Assembly (NCBI GenBank): GCA_963675785.1
Contig: OY776562.1
Span: 1,536,001 to 1,600,000 of the forward strand
Reading direction: 5' to 3'
DNA: 64,000 nt
Source of the DNA: Anaerolineae bacterium
GTDB lineage: Bacteria; Chloroflexota; Anaerolineae; UBA1429
The notes under the pieces are model-generated. The model saw nothing but the letters and a program-made list of their open reading frames with translations, was not told where the DNA came from and made no database searches. The translations under genes were made by a program, and so were the position numbers. This document shows positions 37,989-48,161 of the stretch, piece by piece. Each line of letters starts with the position of its first letter. The first letter of the stretch is position 1.

Positions 37989-38828
37989 TCAACTACGATG
38001 GGCCATCATCCAATCGTACACAGCCTGGTAAACCTCAAATCGAGCCGAGGGCTCATTGTGAATCTCGTGATACAGGCCGGGCCAAATGCGCAACGTGGTT
38101 TGGGTGCTGGCACGGGCGGCAAATTTCTTGCTGCCCTCCGGCGAGGTGATATGGTCATCGCCGCCGTGCATGAGCAGCAGAGGCAGATTGAGTTCAGAAG
38201 CATGTTCCAAGGCGTAATCGGCAGCATCATTGAGCGAGCCATAGAGCCCCAGGGTTACATCGCTGTGGTTAAGAGGGTCCTCGTCGGTCAACATGGCCCA
38301 TTCAGCGTCATGTGACATGCCCCCGGTATCCAAGTTGGACTGTTGCGTAAAAGTAGGCCAGATGCTGCGGAGGACGCTGGCCATAACTTTTTGCCAGCCG
38401 GGTAGTTGAAAGCCCAGAATAAGCCAGGGCCCGGTGGCGATGATCCCTTCCACCTCCGGCGATTGGCGCAAGGCATAGTTTAGCACAATATTGCCGCCCA
38501 TGCTGTGCCCGTAAAGAAATCCCTTGTTCTCACAAGGTACATGCTCGCGCCCTGCGGCAATGACCCGGGTGAGATCGTCCATGAGCGAATCATAATCGGG
38601 CGAATGACCGCGTTTGCCCTGCGATTTACCATGACCGCGCAGATCAAAAGCTGCTACAGCCACGCCTCTCTCGCAAAACCACTCTGCCATGCGATCGTAG
38701 CGGGTAGAATGCTCACCGATGCCGTGCACAAAATGAATGATCTCGACAGTATCACCTTCGGGCAGCCAGGCATGTCCATAGAGCTCGAGGCCGTCATGGG
38801 TCATGATTGGATATTCGATGTGCTTCAT
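37989..38828 (-). CDS. lysophospholipase (alpha/beta hydrolase)
   Basis: HGIGEH, DLRGHG, GHSMGG, HEIHNE. Confidence 0.93.
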   Translation of the reverse strand: MKHIEYPIMTHDGLELYGHAWLPEGDTVEIIHFVHGIGEHSTRYDRMAEWFCERGVAVAAFDLRGHGKSQGKRGHSPDYDSLMDDLTRVIAAGREHVPCENKGFLYGHSMGGNIVLNYALRQSPEVEGIIATGPWLILGFQLPGWQKVMASVLRSIWPTFTQQSNLDTGGMSHDAEWAMLTDEDPLNHSDVTLGLYGSLNDAADYALEHASELNLPLLLMHGGDDHITSPEGSKKFAARASTQTTLRIWPGLYHEIHNEPSARFEVYQAVYDWMMAHRS

Positions 38829-38834
38829 TGAATG

Positions 38835-39854
38835 TCAGCCCTCCTGCGATGCCCAAAAGCGATTGAGTGCCTGCATGGTATCGGCCAGAGCGTCAATCTG
38901 CGGCAATCCAGCCGACGGAGCAATACGGTCAGTATGCCAATTGGTATGCTCTTGCACAAAAGACCCCAGGCTCTCAAAAGATGTATTGGGATCCTGGTCA
39001 TAGATAACCTGCACTGGCACATCGAGTTGCGCATAGACCTTGTTGCGAACGCCTGGCGTGAACAGCTTGCCGCTTAAGAAGGTCATGGGCGCATATTGTG
39101 CCCCAAGCTGATGGGCCGTATCGTAGGCGTAATCCACCAGTTCGTCATCCAGTGGGCCTACCAGGTTCTTGCGCAAGAACCATTCAATGCTGGGGCGCGT
39201 GGTGAGCAAATCATAAAGAGGCCGAGACCAGATGGGCGCACTTAGTGCACGATGCACCCAATCCGATACCTCACCATAACGAGTCAGGGGTACCTGGTCA
39301 AGTGCAGCAGCCCTGGTGCCAAACCCTGTTGGCGAGATGAGCGTCAGGCTGTGAAAAGCCTCAGGGTGTTCGAGGGCAGCCATCGCTGCAAACTCGCTGG
39401 TCAGGGAGAGGGCCACCACATCGGCTGGTTCCTGAACCATGCGCTGCAGCAGATCGAGGATGGCATTCACATAGAGACGCGGTGTATAGCGCTTGTGCTT
39501 GCGATAGGAGAATCCAAAGCCAGGCAGATCCAGCGCCCAAACGGGCCGTTGACTTGCATAAGCATCAAAGAGCGAGCGCATCTCGCGGGGTGAGGGGGCT
39601 GCGTGAATAGCGTGCAGCAAAACCAAGGGGCGACCACCATCCTGGCGGCGATGGTACACGTGCAGCCGGCCCGAGCGCTCGGTGGAGAACATGGTACGAT
39701 CCGCATTGATGGCTGGAGCCAGGGGCACATCGTGCTCGATATAAAAATGGCTATAGGCTAACCAGGCGCCTGCTGCAACGGCCGGCAGTGTCAGGAGACC
39801 CAGGCCGCCGCATCGTCGTTGACGCTTTTGCGTTCGCTCTTGAACTCTTGCCAC
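38835..39854 (-). CDS. alpha/beta hydrolase fold protein
   Basis: LVLLH, DLPGFGFS, VALSL. Confidence 0.85.
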   Translation of the reverse strand: MARVQERTQKRQRRCGGLGLLTLPAVAAGAWLAYSHFYIEHDVPLAPAINADRTMFSTERSGRLHVYHRRQDGGRPLVLLHAIHAAPSPREMRSLFDAYASQRPVWALDLPGFGFSYRKHKRYTPRLYVNAILDLLQRMVQEPADVVALSLTSEFAAMAALEHPEAFHSLTLISPTGFGTRAAALDQVPLTRYGEVSDWVHRALSAPIWSRPLYDLLTTRPSIEWFLRKNLVGPLDDELVDYAYDTAHQLGAQYAPMTFLSGKLFTPGVRNKVYAQLDVPVQVIYDQDPNTSFESLGSFVQEHTNWHTDRIAPSAGLPQIDALADTMQALNRFWASQEG

Positions 39855-39915
39855 GAGTGCCTCCTCTTTTTCTATTCTTTACCATGATACAACCGCAAGC
39901 CGCAGGGCTCAAGTG

Positions 39916-41088
39916 CTAAATGTAACGATTGAGCCGGTCATCGATCCCGGTCAGACGGTGAAAGGTGATGGCATTGGAATCGTGAAAGTTGTGTGCGCCG
40001 TGATAAGCTCGGCGAACAAGGTAAAGCAGATCGTCGCCATCAAACAGCCAATCTACATACTGAAAGCCCACCTGGGCGATAGATTCGTCGCCATCCAGCG
40101 AATCGTCAATGATGAGCGTTTCGGCAACCTTCCAGTGCCACAGATCACGTGAGACGCTGAGTGAAAGCACGTTGCGCTGGCGCGGTTTGGCGGGCACAGT
40201 GTTGTTGTTCACCAGGGAGACATAAAGACCGGTGGGCTCGTGCCGACGAATGACAAATTTGGTCATACCGCCGGGGAATGAGAAAAGCACACCTTGAGCG
40301 GGAGCAGAGAGTTGTGTGCCATCTGGCGAGAGAGACAAACGAGCGGCCAGATCGACCCGCGGCTCGCTGTGAACGCGCAGCACATCCCACAGGCCGCCCT
40401 GGGGATCAACTACCACATTGCCCTCTAGCCAGCTTGGATCAAGCATACCAGCCAGCTCTTGTGGATCCACACTCTCTTCCAAGTCCACCGGATTGGTCAT
40501 GGTCCAATTAGCGGCCTGCAATAGATCGCTATCCTGCGCAGCCGAGATCACCACAGCCCCAAAACGGCGGCGGTGCAGGTCACGATTACGCGACTCAAAG
40601 GCGCGGTAGATACGCCCATTGGCCTTTACCACCGATACCGGCGCACCATGGTACGAAGGAGGCTCTTTGCCGGGGCCAGCAGAGAATAGCAAGCCGCTGT
40701 TCTCGTCAAGGGGACGCGACCAGGTATAGCCGCCATCCGCGCTGCACCAAATAACAATAGCGCCATATTCGGCTGAACAGCCCAACAGATAGGCGGCACC
40801 ATTATGTTCAAAAAGGCTGGCCCAGTAAGCACCGGGCAGGTGATTGATCTCGATCCAGGTACGCCCCTCATCCTCCGAGCGATAGACGCTGGTAAGAAAC
40901 TCCATGGCGTAAGGATTGTGAGGGGAACCAGGGCCAAAATAGTCGTGGCAAACGAGCAAGGCACCATCGGCCAGACGAAGCAGAGTCGGGCTACCCAGGT
41001 AGGTGCACGTTCGGGCATCCAAGTAACGCACGATGCTGACATAGCCGCAGTGCGAGCCCTCAGGAGGATAGTCTTGGCTAAAAGACAT
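39916..41088 (-). CDS. sialidase/BNR family protein
   Basis: Asp-boxes SEDEGRTW and SADGGYTW; FQYVDW. Confidence 0.85.
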   Translation of the reverse strand: MSFSQDYPPEGSHCGYVSIVRYLDARTCTYLGSPTLLRLADGALLVCHDYFGPGSPHNPYAMEFLTSVYRSEDEGRTWIEINHLPGAYWASLFEHNGAAYLLGCSAEYGAIVIWCSADGGYTWSRPLDENSGLLFSAGPGKEPPSYHGAPVSVVKANGRIYRAFESRNRDLHRRRFGAVVISAAQDSDLLQAANWTMTNPVDLEESVDPQELAGMLDPSWLEGNVVVDPQGGLWDVLRVHSEPRVDLAARLSLSPDGTQLSAPAQGVLFSFPGGMTKFVIRRHEPTGLYVSLVNNNTVPAKPRQRNVLSLSVSRDLWHWKVAETLIIDDSLDGDESIAQVGFQYVDWLFDGDDLLYLVRRAYHGAHNFHDSNAITFHRLTGIDDRLNRYI

Positions 41089-41089
41089 G

Positions 41090-41536
41090 CTACACACTTT
41101 CTTGACAGTCAGCGAGAGTCCTGGCAAGCACAGCAGCCATTGCATCCAACTGAGCACGGGGTGCATGCGTATAAGGGCCATCGACATGGACATGAAATGG
41201 ATCACCGACATATCGCGGGATGACATGCAGATGGACGTGAAAAACATCCTGACCAGCCACAGTGCCATTGGCCAGCCACAGGTTGACTCCTTCGCAGCGC
41301 ACGCCGCCTTTGCCATCAAGCAGTACCTGAGCAATGCGCTGAGCCACCACAAACATCTGAGCACCCGTCGCGGGCGGCAGATCGGTGAGGTCGCAGGCAT
41401 GGATTACGGGGATAACCAGCACATGGCCGGGCGTGATGGGCTGAATATCCATCATGGCCATTATCAGCTCATCGCGATAGATAATACTGGCGGGTTGTTC
41501 TCCCGCCAGTATCTCGCAGAATATGCAAGGGTGCAT
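41090..41536 (-). CDS. HIT family protein
   Basis: CIFC, GHVLVIP, HVHLHVIPR. Confidence 0.95.
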   Translation of the reverse strand: MHPCIFCEILAGEQPASIIYRDELIMAMMDIQPITPGHVLVIPVIHACDLTDLPPATGAQMFVVAQRIAQVLLDGKGGVRCEGVNLWLANGTVAGQDVFHVHLHVIPRYVGDPFHVHVDGPYTHAPRAQLDAMAAVLARTLADCQESV

Positions 41537-41539
41537 GGG

Positions 41540-42448
41540 TCAGTTCATGATGCGAGGCACGTTTTCGCCCTGCACCTTTTTGAGATGAATGCCCACATAC
41601 CAGCCGGGCATCAGCCTGACACGCTTGCGCTTGCCGGTTACCAAACGCACATAGGCATAGGTGGTGGAGGTGGTATCCCCCTCGTCATCGGTGCTGGTGA
41701 CAGTGCGGATATCTTCTACGGTGCCCTCCCAAGCCGATGATTTTTGTACAATCGTGACGATAAAAGAGATCGCCGCTGCCAAGCAAAGGCCCAGTGACAA
41801 GAAATACCATTCGTCCATGTCGGCTGCTATCGCGATGATGCTTCCTATGACAATGACTGCGCCCCAAATGAGTACACTTGTAATGATCGTCTTGGCTAGC
41901 CAACCGCTGGGTGCAGGCGCATCAGCTTCTGCAGCGCCATAGCGGTTTTTCTTGGCTTTGGCCGTGGTATCCCCCAATTGAGCCGGACCATCGCCCTGTC
42001 GTGCCTTGGCACGCAAACGGTCTGCCCCAGCAGTGCTGCTGCTCTTTTGTGCGGTCATGCTGCGACTGGAAGCACCGCTCACCACGCCACTGCCTGATTT
42101 GGAGGACATGATGCGTGTTGACGACGCAGAGGGCCGTACAGGATCAGGTATGACGGCAGTCGGCGAATCAAAGACGGGGGCATCAGTCGCATCGAGATCG
42201 GCTGGAATAGGTGGAATGCCGCCATCTTCCCCAGGCTGCTCAAAGGCGGGCGGCGTAGCCGCCTGCCAGGCGTTTCCATCCCACTTGACCCAACGGCCGC
42301 TGTGGGGCGCACGTGTCCAGATGTTGCCGTTCTCATCCTCAACCTGCAATTTGCCCACTTGTTCGCGAAAGTCATCCTGGCTAAGGGTGCCATCTCGCAC
42401 CAGCTCGGCGAGCATCTTGTACCGTTCATCAAGTTGGTAGAAATCCAT
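41540..42448 (-). CDS. hypothetical 2-TM protein with low-complexity linker
   Basis: Start MDFYQL with RBS; C-terminal W.G.VED..G..K..G domain. Confidence 0.7.
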   Translation of the reverse strand: MDFYQLDERYKMLAELVRDGTLSQDDFREQVGKLQVEDENGNIWTRAPHSGRWVKWDGNAWQAATPPAFEQPGEDGGIPPIPADLDATDAPVFDSPTAVIPDPVRPSASSTRIMSSKSGSGVVSGASSRSMTAQKSSSTAGADRLRAKARQGDGPAQLGDTTAKAKKNRYGAAEADAPAPSGWLAKTIITSVLIWGAVIVIGSIIAIAADMDEWYFLSLGLCLAAAISFIVTIVQKSSAWEGTVEDIRTVTSTDDEGDTTSTTYAYVRLVTGKRKRVRLMPGWYVGIHLKKVQGENVPRIMN

Positions 42449-42622
42449 GCGATCTCCCTCTATGTAGGTTGAACAAATTGTAGAGATAAGCGCTCCTTGC
42501 GCATTATAGCAAGGGATGCACAAAATGCCTAGAGACCTTTTCATAGGAAGAAGTATGGGGCATAATAGGGACAGCCTTGAATTGCCCATTGCACCCCGGG
42601 CCCTCACAGGAGGAACGTACTC

Positions 42623-42898
42623 ATGCCTGATGAACTGGTCACCGTCTATGCCTCGCAAGGCCCCATGCAAGCCGAGGTTATCAAGGGCCTGCTCGAAAGC
42701 ATGGGCATCCCCGCTATTCTGCACTATCAGGCCATCGGCCAAATATACGGTATCACCGTCAACGGTGTAGGCCGGGTTGAGGTGCAAGTGCGCCCGCAAG
42801 ATCAGGGTGCCGCCCGCGAGATCATTGCTGCCGAACCTGATTTCTCCGAGTTCGACGAGCAAGTTGACGAGGGAATCAAAGATGATGGAGAGGAATGA
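42623..42898 (+). CDS. DUF2007 (putative signal transducing) protein
   Basis: AEVIKGLLESMGIP, VEVQV...AREII. Confidence 0.85.
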   Translation: MPDELVTVYASQGPMQAEVIKGLLESMGIPAILHYQAIGQIYGITVNGVGRVEVQVRPQDQGAAREIIAAEPDFSEFDEQVDEGIKDDGEE

Positions 42899-43865
42899 TT
42901 CGCGCCCAGCCCTGTGGATGCGTCTGATTGGCTTGTTAATCCTATCCATCGGATTGGTGGGGCTGTATTACGGCCCGCTAGAGATCTATTGCTTTTACAT
43001 GTTCTCTCCCGGCGGCGTGTTGGAAATGACAAATTTCAACATTGGCACGCTGATGTTCACCTACCTGGCCATTCAGAACATGGGCTATTACGCCGTGGCT
43101 GCTCTGGCACTGCCAATGGGCATCGGTATCATCCGGGGGCGCGCCTGGGCCCGTCGGTTGGGTGTTGCCGCCTGCGTTTTGTGGCTCATTTTGGGGACCA
43201 CGCTACTGGTGGAATACGCCGTTCTATTACCTTATCTACGCGATAGCATTGAACTCGGCACGCTGCTACTGAGCGGAGCAGGCGTGCTGGTGTTGGGACT
43301 ACTCATCCCACTGGCTCTCATTGGAGTATTGCACCTTCCCTCTGTCGAGAGGAACTTGGAGAACAATGGCAAGAATGGTCAGGCTGGATTGGGTATAGCG
43401 GCCTTGACGGCCATCTGCCTGAATGTGATTGGCACATTGGTCATTCACGGCGCTGTATTCGCCCGGGGTGCCGTACCAGCTTTTGGTGAGTGGATCAGTG
43501 GCCGCGAAGGTGTTTACATTCTATCGGGGCTCTTTGTGGTTTTGGTCGTGCTCATTTGGGGGCAAGCAGAAGGAAAATTCTGGGCATCGTTAGCTAACTT
43601 GCTGGCCTGGGGCGCGGCTGGAGCCTCTTTAGGAATGACCGTTTGGGGTCAAAGCCTATCCGATCTGCTGATAGCCATTGGCTTTGGCAGCCAAGAGATA
43701 AACGAGCTTTTGCCCCAAGCTGATACGTTGTGGAATATGCCCATGACGCCATTGCTGTTGGTGCCTTTTGCTTCCATGCTCGTTCTACAGATTTGGGGGA
43801 TGTACGAACGGCGACAGGCTCGACGACGGGCGCAAGCCGCCCAAGTCAGACGATTGAGGGGCTGA
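42882..43865 (+). CDS. hypothetical multi-pass membrane protein
   Basis: Many TMs; GPLEIYCFY.FS.GG. Confidence 0.8.
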   Translation: MMERNDSRPALWMRLIGLLILSIGLVGLYYGPLEIYCFYMFSPGGVLEMTNFNIGTLMFTYLAIQNMGYYAVAALALPMGIGIIRGRAWARRLGVAACVLWLILGTTLLVEYAVLLPYLRDSIELGTLLLSGAGVLVLGLLIPLALIGVLHLPSVERNLENNGKNGQAGLGIAALTAICLNVIGTLVIHGAVFARGAVPAFGEWISGREGVYILSGLFVVLVVLIWGQAEGKFWASLANLLAWGAAGASLGMTVWGQSLSDLLIAIGFGSQEINELLPQADTLWNMPMTPLLLVPFASMLVLQIWGMYERRQARRRAQAAQVRRLRG

Positions 43866-44293
43866 TGGAACTCGTAGAGGCGTTGCAACAAGTCAGTCTT
43901 CCTTCTGGTGTGAGCATACAGGCATTTCAAGAAGAACATTTTGAGGCCCTACAAGCTCTATGCCAAGCCGAGGGATGGACATCCTTCATTCATAGACCGG
44001 ACGAGGCCCTTGCAGCGCTGCTAAACTCGCAGGTGGCCCTGGTCGCGTTCAAAAATGACCAGGTAGTAGGTTATCTTCGGGCCATCAGCGATGGCTTTAT
44101 CACCACCTATCTGGCCGAGATTTTGGTGAACCCAGAAGCCAGGGGGCAACACATCGGCAGCCTGCTGTTGGACGTTTGCCACGCGATGTACCCACGTACT
44201 CGTATCGATCTGCTATCCACCGAATTGGCCGGTGGCTTTTATAAAGGCTATGGTTTCCGAGAGTATTCTGGCTTTAGAAAAAGCTATGTGTGA
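43865..44293 (+). CDS. GNAT family N-acetyltransferase
   Basis: V.PEARGQHIG, RIDLLS, FY..GF. Confidence 0.9.
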   Translation: MELVEALQQVSLPSGVSIQAFQEEHFEALQALCQAEGWTSFIHRPDEALAALLNSQVALVAFKNDQVVGYLRAISDGFITTYLAEILVNPEARGQHIGSLLLDVCHAMYPRTRIDLLSTELAGGFYKGYGFREYSGFRKSYV

Positions 44294-44409
44294 GGCGATA
44301 CTCTAGAATTCGAATTCGTTTAATTTGCCGAGGTACCTTTTCTTTTTGTGCGCCTTCAGGTATGATGCAAGTAATGCTGGTCGGGATGGTTTGGTTGTTC
44401 CATCAGACC

Positions 44410-44434
44410 GGAACCTTTTTCACGTAGCAACGTT
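44410..44434 (+). promoter_or_regulatory. putative ECF-sigma promoter GGAAC-N16-CGTT
   Basis: ggaac-ctttttcacgtagcaa-cgtt about 95 bp upstream of the lipoprotein ATG. Confidence 0.5.
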
Positions 44435-44529
44435 CCCTTTACGATAGCAACGTTCCCTGCTACAGCGACGCCCATTAACCGTGATTACACCTGTTGCACC
44501 ATTGCATGAATGACCTCAGGGGGAAAACC

Positions 44530-45087
44530 ATGAAGCACCGGCATGTCTCTGTTCTAAAGATAGTTACTGCAACGCTTGTACTGTGCGCCGCCATGATTGG
44601 CGCCAGCAGTTGCGACATGCTTGGCCTGGGCGAAACAGGTCCAGTGGCTACCAACACGCCGCCCCCAACGATTCGCATCATCCCTACATGGACACCCATA
44701 CCTACCGCAACGGTTCGCCCCACCGAAACACCCGTGGTCAACACTGAGCTGGAAGGCTGCAACCTGGACGCTACCTATCGCGATGACGTCACTATCCCCG
44801 ACGGCACCGTATTGGCAGCTGGTGAAGAATTCACCAAGACCTGGGCCGTTGAGAACAGCGGTGATTGCGCCTGGGGTGCTGGCTTTGAGCTGGTCTGGGT
44901 CGAAAAGACTCAGATGGGCGATGTTGTATCCGTTCAGGTGCCAGAGGCTGAGCCTGGCGATGTCATCCAAATTTCAGTGCCCCTAGTGGCGCCAGCAACA
45001 GCCGGAGAATATCAAAGCTACTGGCAGATGCGGGTCAACGGCGAAGTGTTTGGCGACAAGATCTATTTGATGATCGTTGTAGAATAA
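44530..45087 (+). CDS. exported protein with NBR1-Ig-like domain
   Basis: Signal peptide/possible lipobox ASSC; DVTIPDGT...FTKTW.V.NSG.C.W, G.Y.SYWQM. Confidence 0.88.
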   Translation: MKHRHVSVLKIVTATLVLCAAMIGASSCDMLGLGETGPVATNTPPPTIRIIPTWTPIPTATVRPTETPVVNTELEGCNLDATYRDDVTIPDGTVLAAGEEFTKTWAVENSGDCAWGAGFELVWVEKTQMGDVVSVQVPEAEPGDVIQISVPLVAPATAGEYQSYWQMRVNGEVFGDKIYLMIVVE

Positions 45088-45098
45088 ACACTGCACAT

Positions 45099-45135
45099 AA
45101 AAAAGAGAGTCTGACAAGTCAGACTCTCTTTTTTT
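45099..45135. terminator. bidirectional terminator
   Basis: A6-gagagtctgac-aa-gtcagactctc-T7. Confidence 0.88.
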
Positions 45136-45138
45136 GTT

Positions 45139-45828
45139 CTAGTTGGACGACGTATGAATGCGCTGCTCAATCTGCGGCGCCAGCCAGTTGGCCAATGCGG
45201 CAGTAGAACGGGTTTGCAGCAGCAAACGCCCCGGTCCGCGGAACTCGGCCACCAGCCCCTCACCAGAAAAGACCGTACTGGCCAAGCCGCCCACGGCGCG
45301 CACGTTGTAGGTCAGATCGGCATCCCAGGCAACCAAGTGTCCGGTGTCCACAGTATAAACCTGGCCAGCACTCAGTTCGACCTCATGGATGGCGCCATAG
45401 GAAGAAAGCAACAGATGCCCTTCGCCTTCACAGCGCAGCACAAACAGGCCTTCGCTGGCGAAAAAGGTCTTGGCGCCGCCCCACTTGGTATCCACATCCA
45501 CGCCACCCGAAGAGGCGACATACGAACCAGATTGCACCAACAGCGGCCTGCCGGCCATCTCATAGGCAAACATATCGCCGGGCAACGCCGGGGCGACTGT
45601 TACCTCGCCGCCAGCTGCCGAGGCCTGAAAGTCGTTGACAAAAAAGCTCTCGCCACCCAGCACGCTACGTTTGAGAGCCTTGAACAAACCGCCGGCCGCC
45701 TTGGTTTGAATGGTAACACCTTCGGAATAGGAGACCATGGCGCCCGCTTCTACGCGAACCTGCTCATTGGGCTCCAGATGAATAACCCCCAACGAATAGG
45801 AGGGACGATACAAAATTTCAGTGTTCAT
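45139..45828 (-). CDS. TIGR00266/AIM24 family protein
   Basis: EAGAMV, GGESFF, GEGL, VDTGHLVAW. Confidence 0.92.
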   Translation of the reverse strand: MNTEILYRPSYSLGVIHLEPNEQVRVEAGAMVSYSEGVTIQTKAAGGLFKALKRSVLGGESFFVNDFQASAAGGEVTVAPALPGDMFAYEMAGRPLLVQSGSYVASSGGVDVDTKWGGAKTFFASEGLFVLRCEGEGHLLLSSYGAIHEVELSAGQVYTVDTGHLVAWDADLTYNVRAVGGLASTVFSGEGLVAEFRGPGRLLLQTRSTAALANWLAPQIEQRIHTSSN

Positions 45829-47303
45829 GCTTGCTCCTGTTTTTCATAGACCAGCCGCCCTTCGATACGGCTGATGGCGTTTTGATGCTCGCGCAAGTAT
45901 TCCTGGATGACGTCGCGCATGGAGGTAGCCACCACCCGAGGGGACGATACGCGACTCAACTCCTCCAGGGTTACGCCCAGTCCCTCTTGACAGTGGCGCA
46001 CGTGGTAACCCTGCAGCACGAGCGAATACAATTGCTCATCCTCGACACGGCGTCCATTCACGCTCAGGTCTGTAACGCACGAGACAGAGATATCATAGCG
46101 AGCCCGTACGCTGCTGTTTACCTGATAGAATTCGCCGCGATGAATGGCCACCTCTGGTTCCATAAAGTAGGCAAAAATGCGCTTGAGCAGCTCTCCATTG
46201 ACCGTGAACCAGTTGAGAGAATCTTCAAAGGGATAGCCGGAAAGCAGTGTGCTCATGTTCACCAAGGGACCCATGCGCTGCAGGCGAATGGAACCCGAAC
46301 CCACCAGCACCACATCGCAACCGGTCATCCAGGCGATGGCATCGGCCGTCAGGTTGCCCACGGTGGTCTCTTGCCAGCGGCCGGGATGGGTCAATTCACG
46401 CCCCAGCTTGGCTACAATGGCGTTATAGCGGCGATCGTCCTCTCCGCCCAACGACTCGCAATAGATGGGGAATTCCTTATCCACCGGCGCGGTGTCTTCG
46501 TTAATGGGCACCAATGACCACCTATAGTCGGCGATACGGTTGATCTCGTCATCGACCTCGAGATCAAAACGGCCGATTTGGGTGATACCTTCCCCGGCCT
46601 GGGCAATGAGGATGTCGTTGACCATGGCCGGCTCGCGCAGTACCGTGCCGGTATGCCCGCCGATGATCATGTCCACTCCCCAGGTAGGATCAAGCATGGC
46701 GGCCAGGCGCAAATCCTCTTCGAACCCGATATGGGTGAGGATGATAGTAAGATCGATATCCTCGGTGTTGTAGGCGTTGGTGATGCGGCCAATTTCGGCG
46801 TTGGCCTGCTCCAAGCTGAGGGTTGGCGCCAAACCAACTTCGCGAGGTATGCGCTCAATAGCTTGGGCCGTGATGATACCAATGACCAAAATGGCCAACC
46901 CGTCCCGCCGAATGATGTGGTAAGGGCGCATGAGCCGTTTGTGGTAGGGCTGGATGTAGAGGTTGGCGTTGACGATGGGGAAATTGGCTACTTTTTCCAG
47001 AAACAAGAGCTGTGGCAAGCCGTAATCAAACTCGTGATTGCCCAAAGTAGCCACATCGGGCGCCAAGTAATTCATGATTTCCACCGTCGAGATGGTGCCC
47101 GGGGCGGGATTCATGACGTTGCCTTGGAGCATATCGCCAGCCACGGCATAGATGACGGCATCATTGTCCTGGCGTTCGCGGCTGATATAGCCCGACAACA
47201 GCGAAAGCCGATGGATGAGCTCGGCACGCTCATCACGCATGGCGCGGTCGAAATCTTCGTGCATATCATTGGAATGCAGAATGGTGAGCTTTTTTCGGGT
47301 CAA
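45825..47303 (-). CDS. bifunctional metallophosphatase/5'-nucleotidase
   Basis: HSNDMH, AGD, LGNHEFDYG, THIG, GGHT. Confidence 0.93.
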   Translation of the reverse strand: MTRKKLTILHSNDMHEDFDRAMRDERAELIHRLSLLSGYISRERQDNDAVIYAVAGDMLQGNVMNPAPGTISTVEIMNYLAPDVATLGNHEFDYGLPQLLFLEKVANFPIVNANLYIQPYHKRLMRPYHIIRRDGLAILVIGIITAQAIERIPREVGLAPTLSLEQANAEIGRITNAYNTEDIDLTIILTHIGFEEDLRLAAMLDPTWGVDMIIGGHTGTVLREPAMVNDILIAQAGEGITQIGRFDLEVDDEINRIADYRWSLVPINEDTAPVDKEFPIYCESLGGEDDRRYNAIVAKLGRELTHPGRWQETTVGNLTADAIAWMTGCDVVLVGSGSIRLQRMGPLVNMSTLLSGYPFEDSLNWFTVNGELLKRIFAYFMEPEVAIHRGEFYQVNSSVRARYDISVSCVTDLSVNGRRVEDEQLYSLVLQGYHVRHCQEGLGVTLEELSRVSSPRVVATSMRDVIQEYLREHQNAISRIEGRLVYEKQEQA

Positions 47304-47476
47304 GGGGTTCCCTCCAATTCCTGCATAATCTACGACAACCAGGCGAGACAGGTTGCAACCGCTCGCCGCCTCATTATATCACCCTGTAAGCCTTGACGCC
47401 TGCTATAAAAGCCTTTTATATTGGTTAGGCAATTGTTAAGATCAGCAACGCCAAGCTCACCCAAGGAGGCCCACCC

Positions 47477-48160
47477 ATGTTGCCCACACCTCCCGTCGGT
47501 CAACCGCGTGCGCGACTGATCCGCGCCCTAGCTTCGGCCGGCCTGCTCCTCAGCCTGGCCGTAACACTCGCTGGCTGCTGCGGCGTTATTCAGGATGCCG
47601 TCGGCGGTCTGGTGGATATCACCGTAACCACCGCCACCCCAAGCGCGCCAGCCAGCCCCGCGCCCTATGAGGACGACACGCCCTCACCAACAGCTACGCC
47701 CACGCGCGATCCGAATCAGCTCAGCGATCGCAGCCGCATTCTGGATATCTATGGCTATCCAGATACATTCACGGCAGCCTTTAGTCCAGAAGAAGATCTA
47801 CGCATCGAAGCATGGAATTTCTATCAGCAGGGCGTTACCTGGCTGTTCAACGACGATACCTGCACCGGCTTTGATGTTTGCCCGCTGAGCGATTACTTGC
47901 CACCTTACTATACACTGATACCCGACGACGTGGACGCTGACACTACGCTGAACGACCTTGCAGAGTGGTTCCGAGAGGAACCGGAAGCTGGTCTCATTCT
48001 CGACGGCGCGCTCGCCACAGAACTAGGCGGCGAAGACCTGGCTGTGTACTGGTTCGGCGATGGTGTGATGGTCATATGCGAAGGGGAGATGTTACGCTAT
48101 GTAAGCACCACCAGTGTGGCTCAACCCGTCGTTGCCTTGCCAGAAGGAGAGGAGGGCTGA
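47477..48160 (+). CDS. hypothetical lipoprotein
   Basis: AAGGAGG RBS; LAGC lipobox; T/P linker; YGYPD. Confidence 0.8.
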   Translation: MLPTPPVGQPRARLIRALASAGLLLSLAVTLAGCCGVIQDAVGGLVDITVTTATPSAPASPAPYEDDTPSPTATPTRDPNQLSDRSRILDIYGYPDTFTAAFSPEEDLRIEAWNFYQQGVTWLFNDDTCTGFDVCPLSDYLPPYYTLIPDDVDADTTLNDLAEWFREEPEAGLILDGALATELGGEDLAVYWFGDGVMVICEGEMLRYVSTTSVAQPVVALPEGEEG

Positions 48161-48161
48161 G

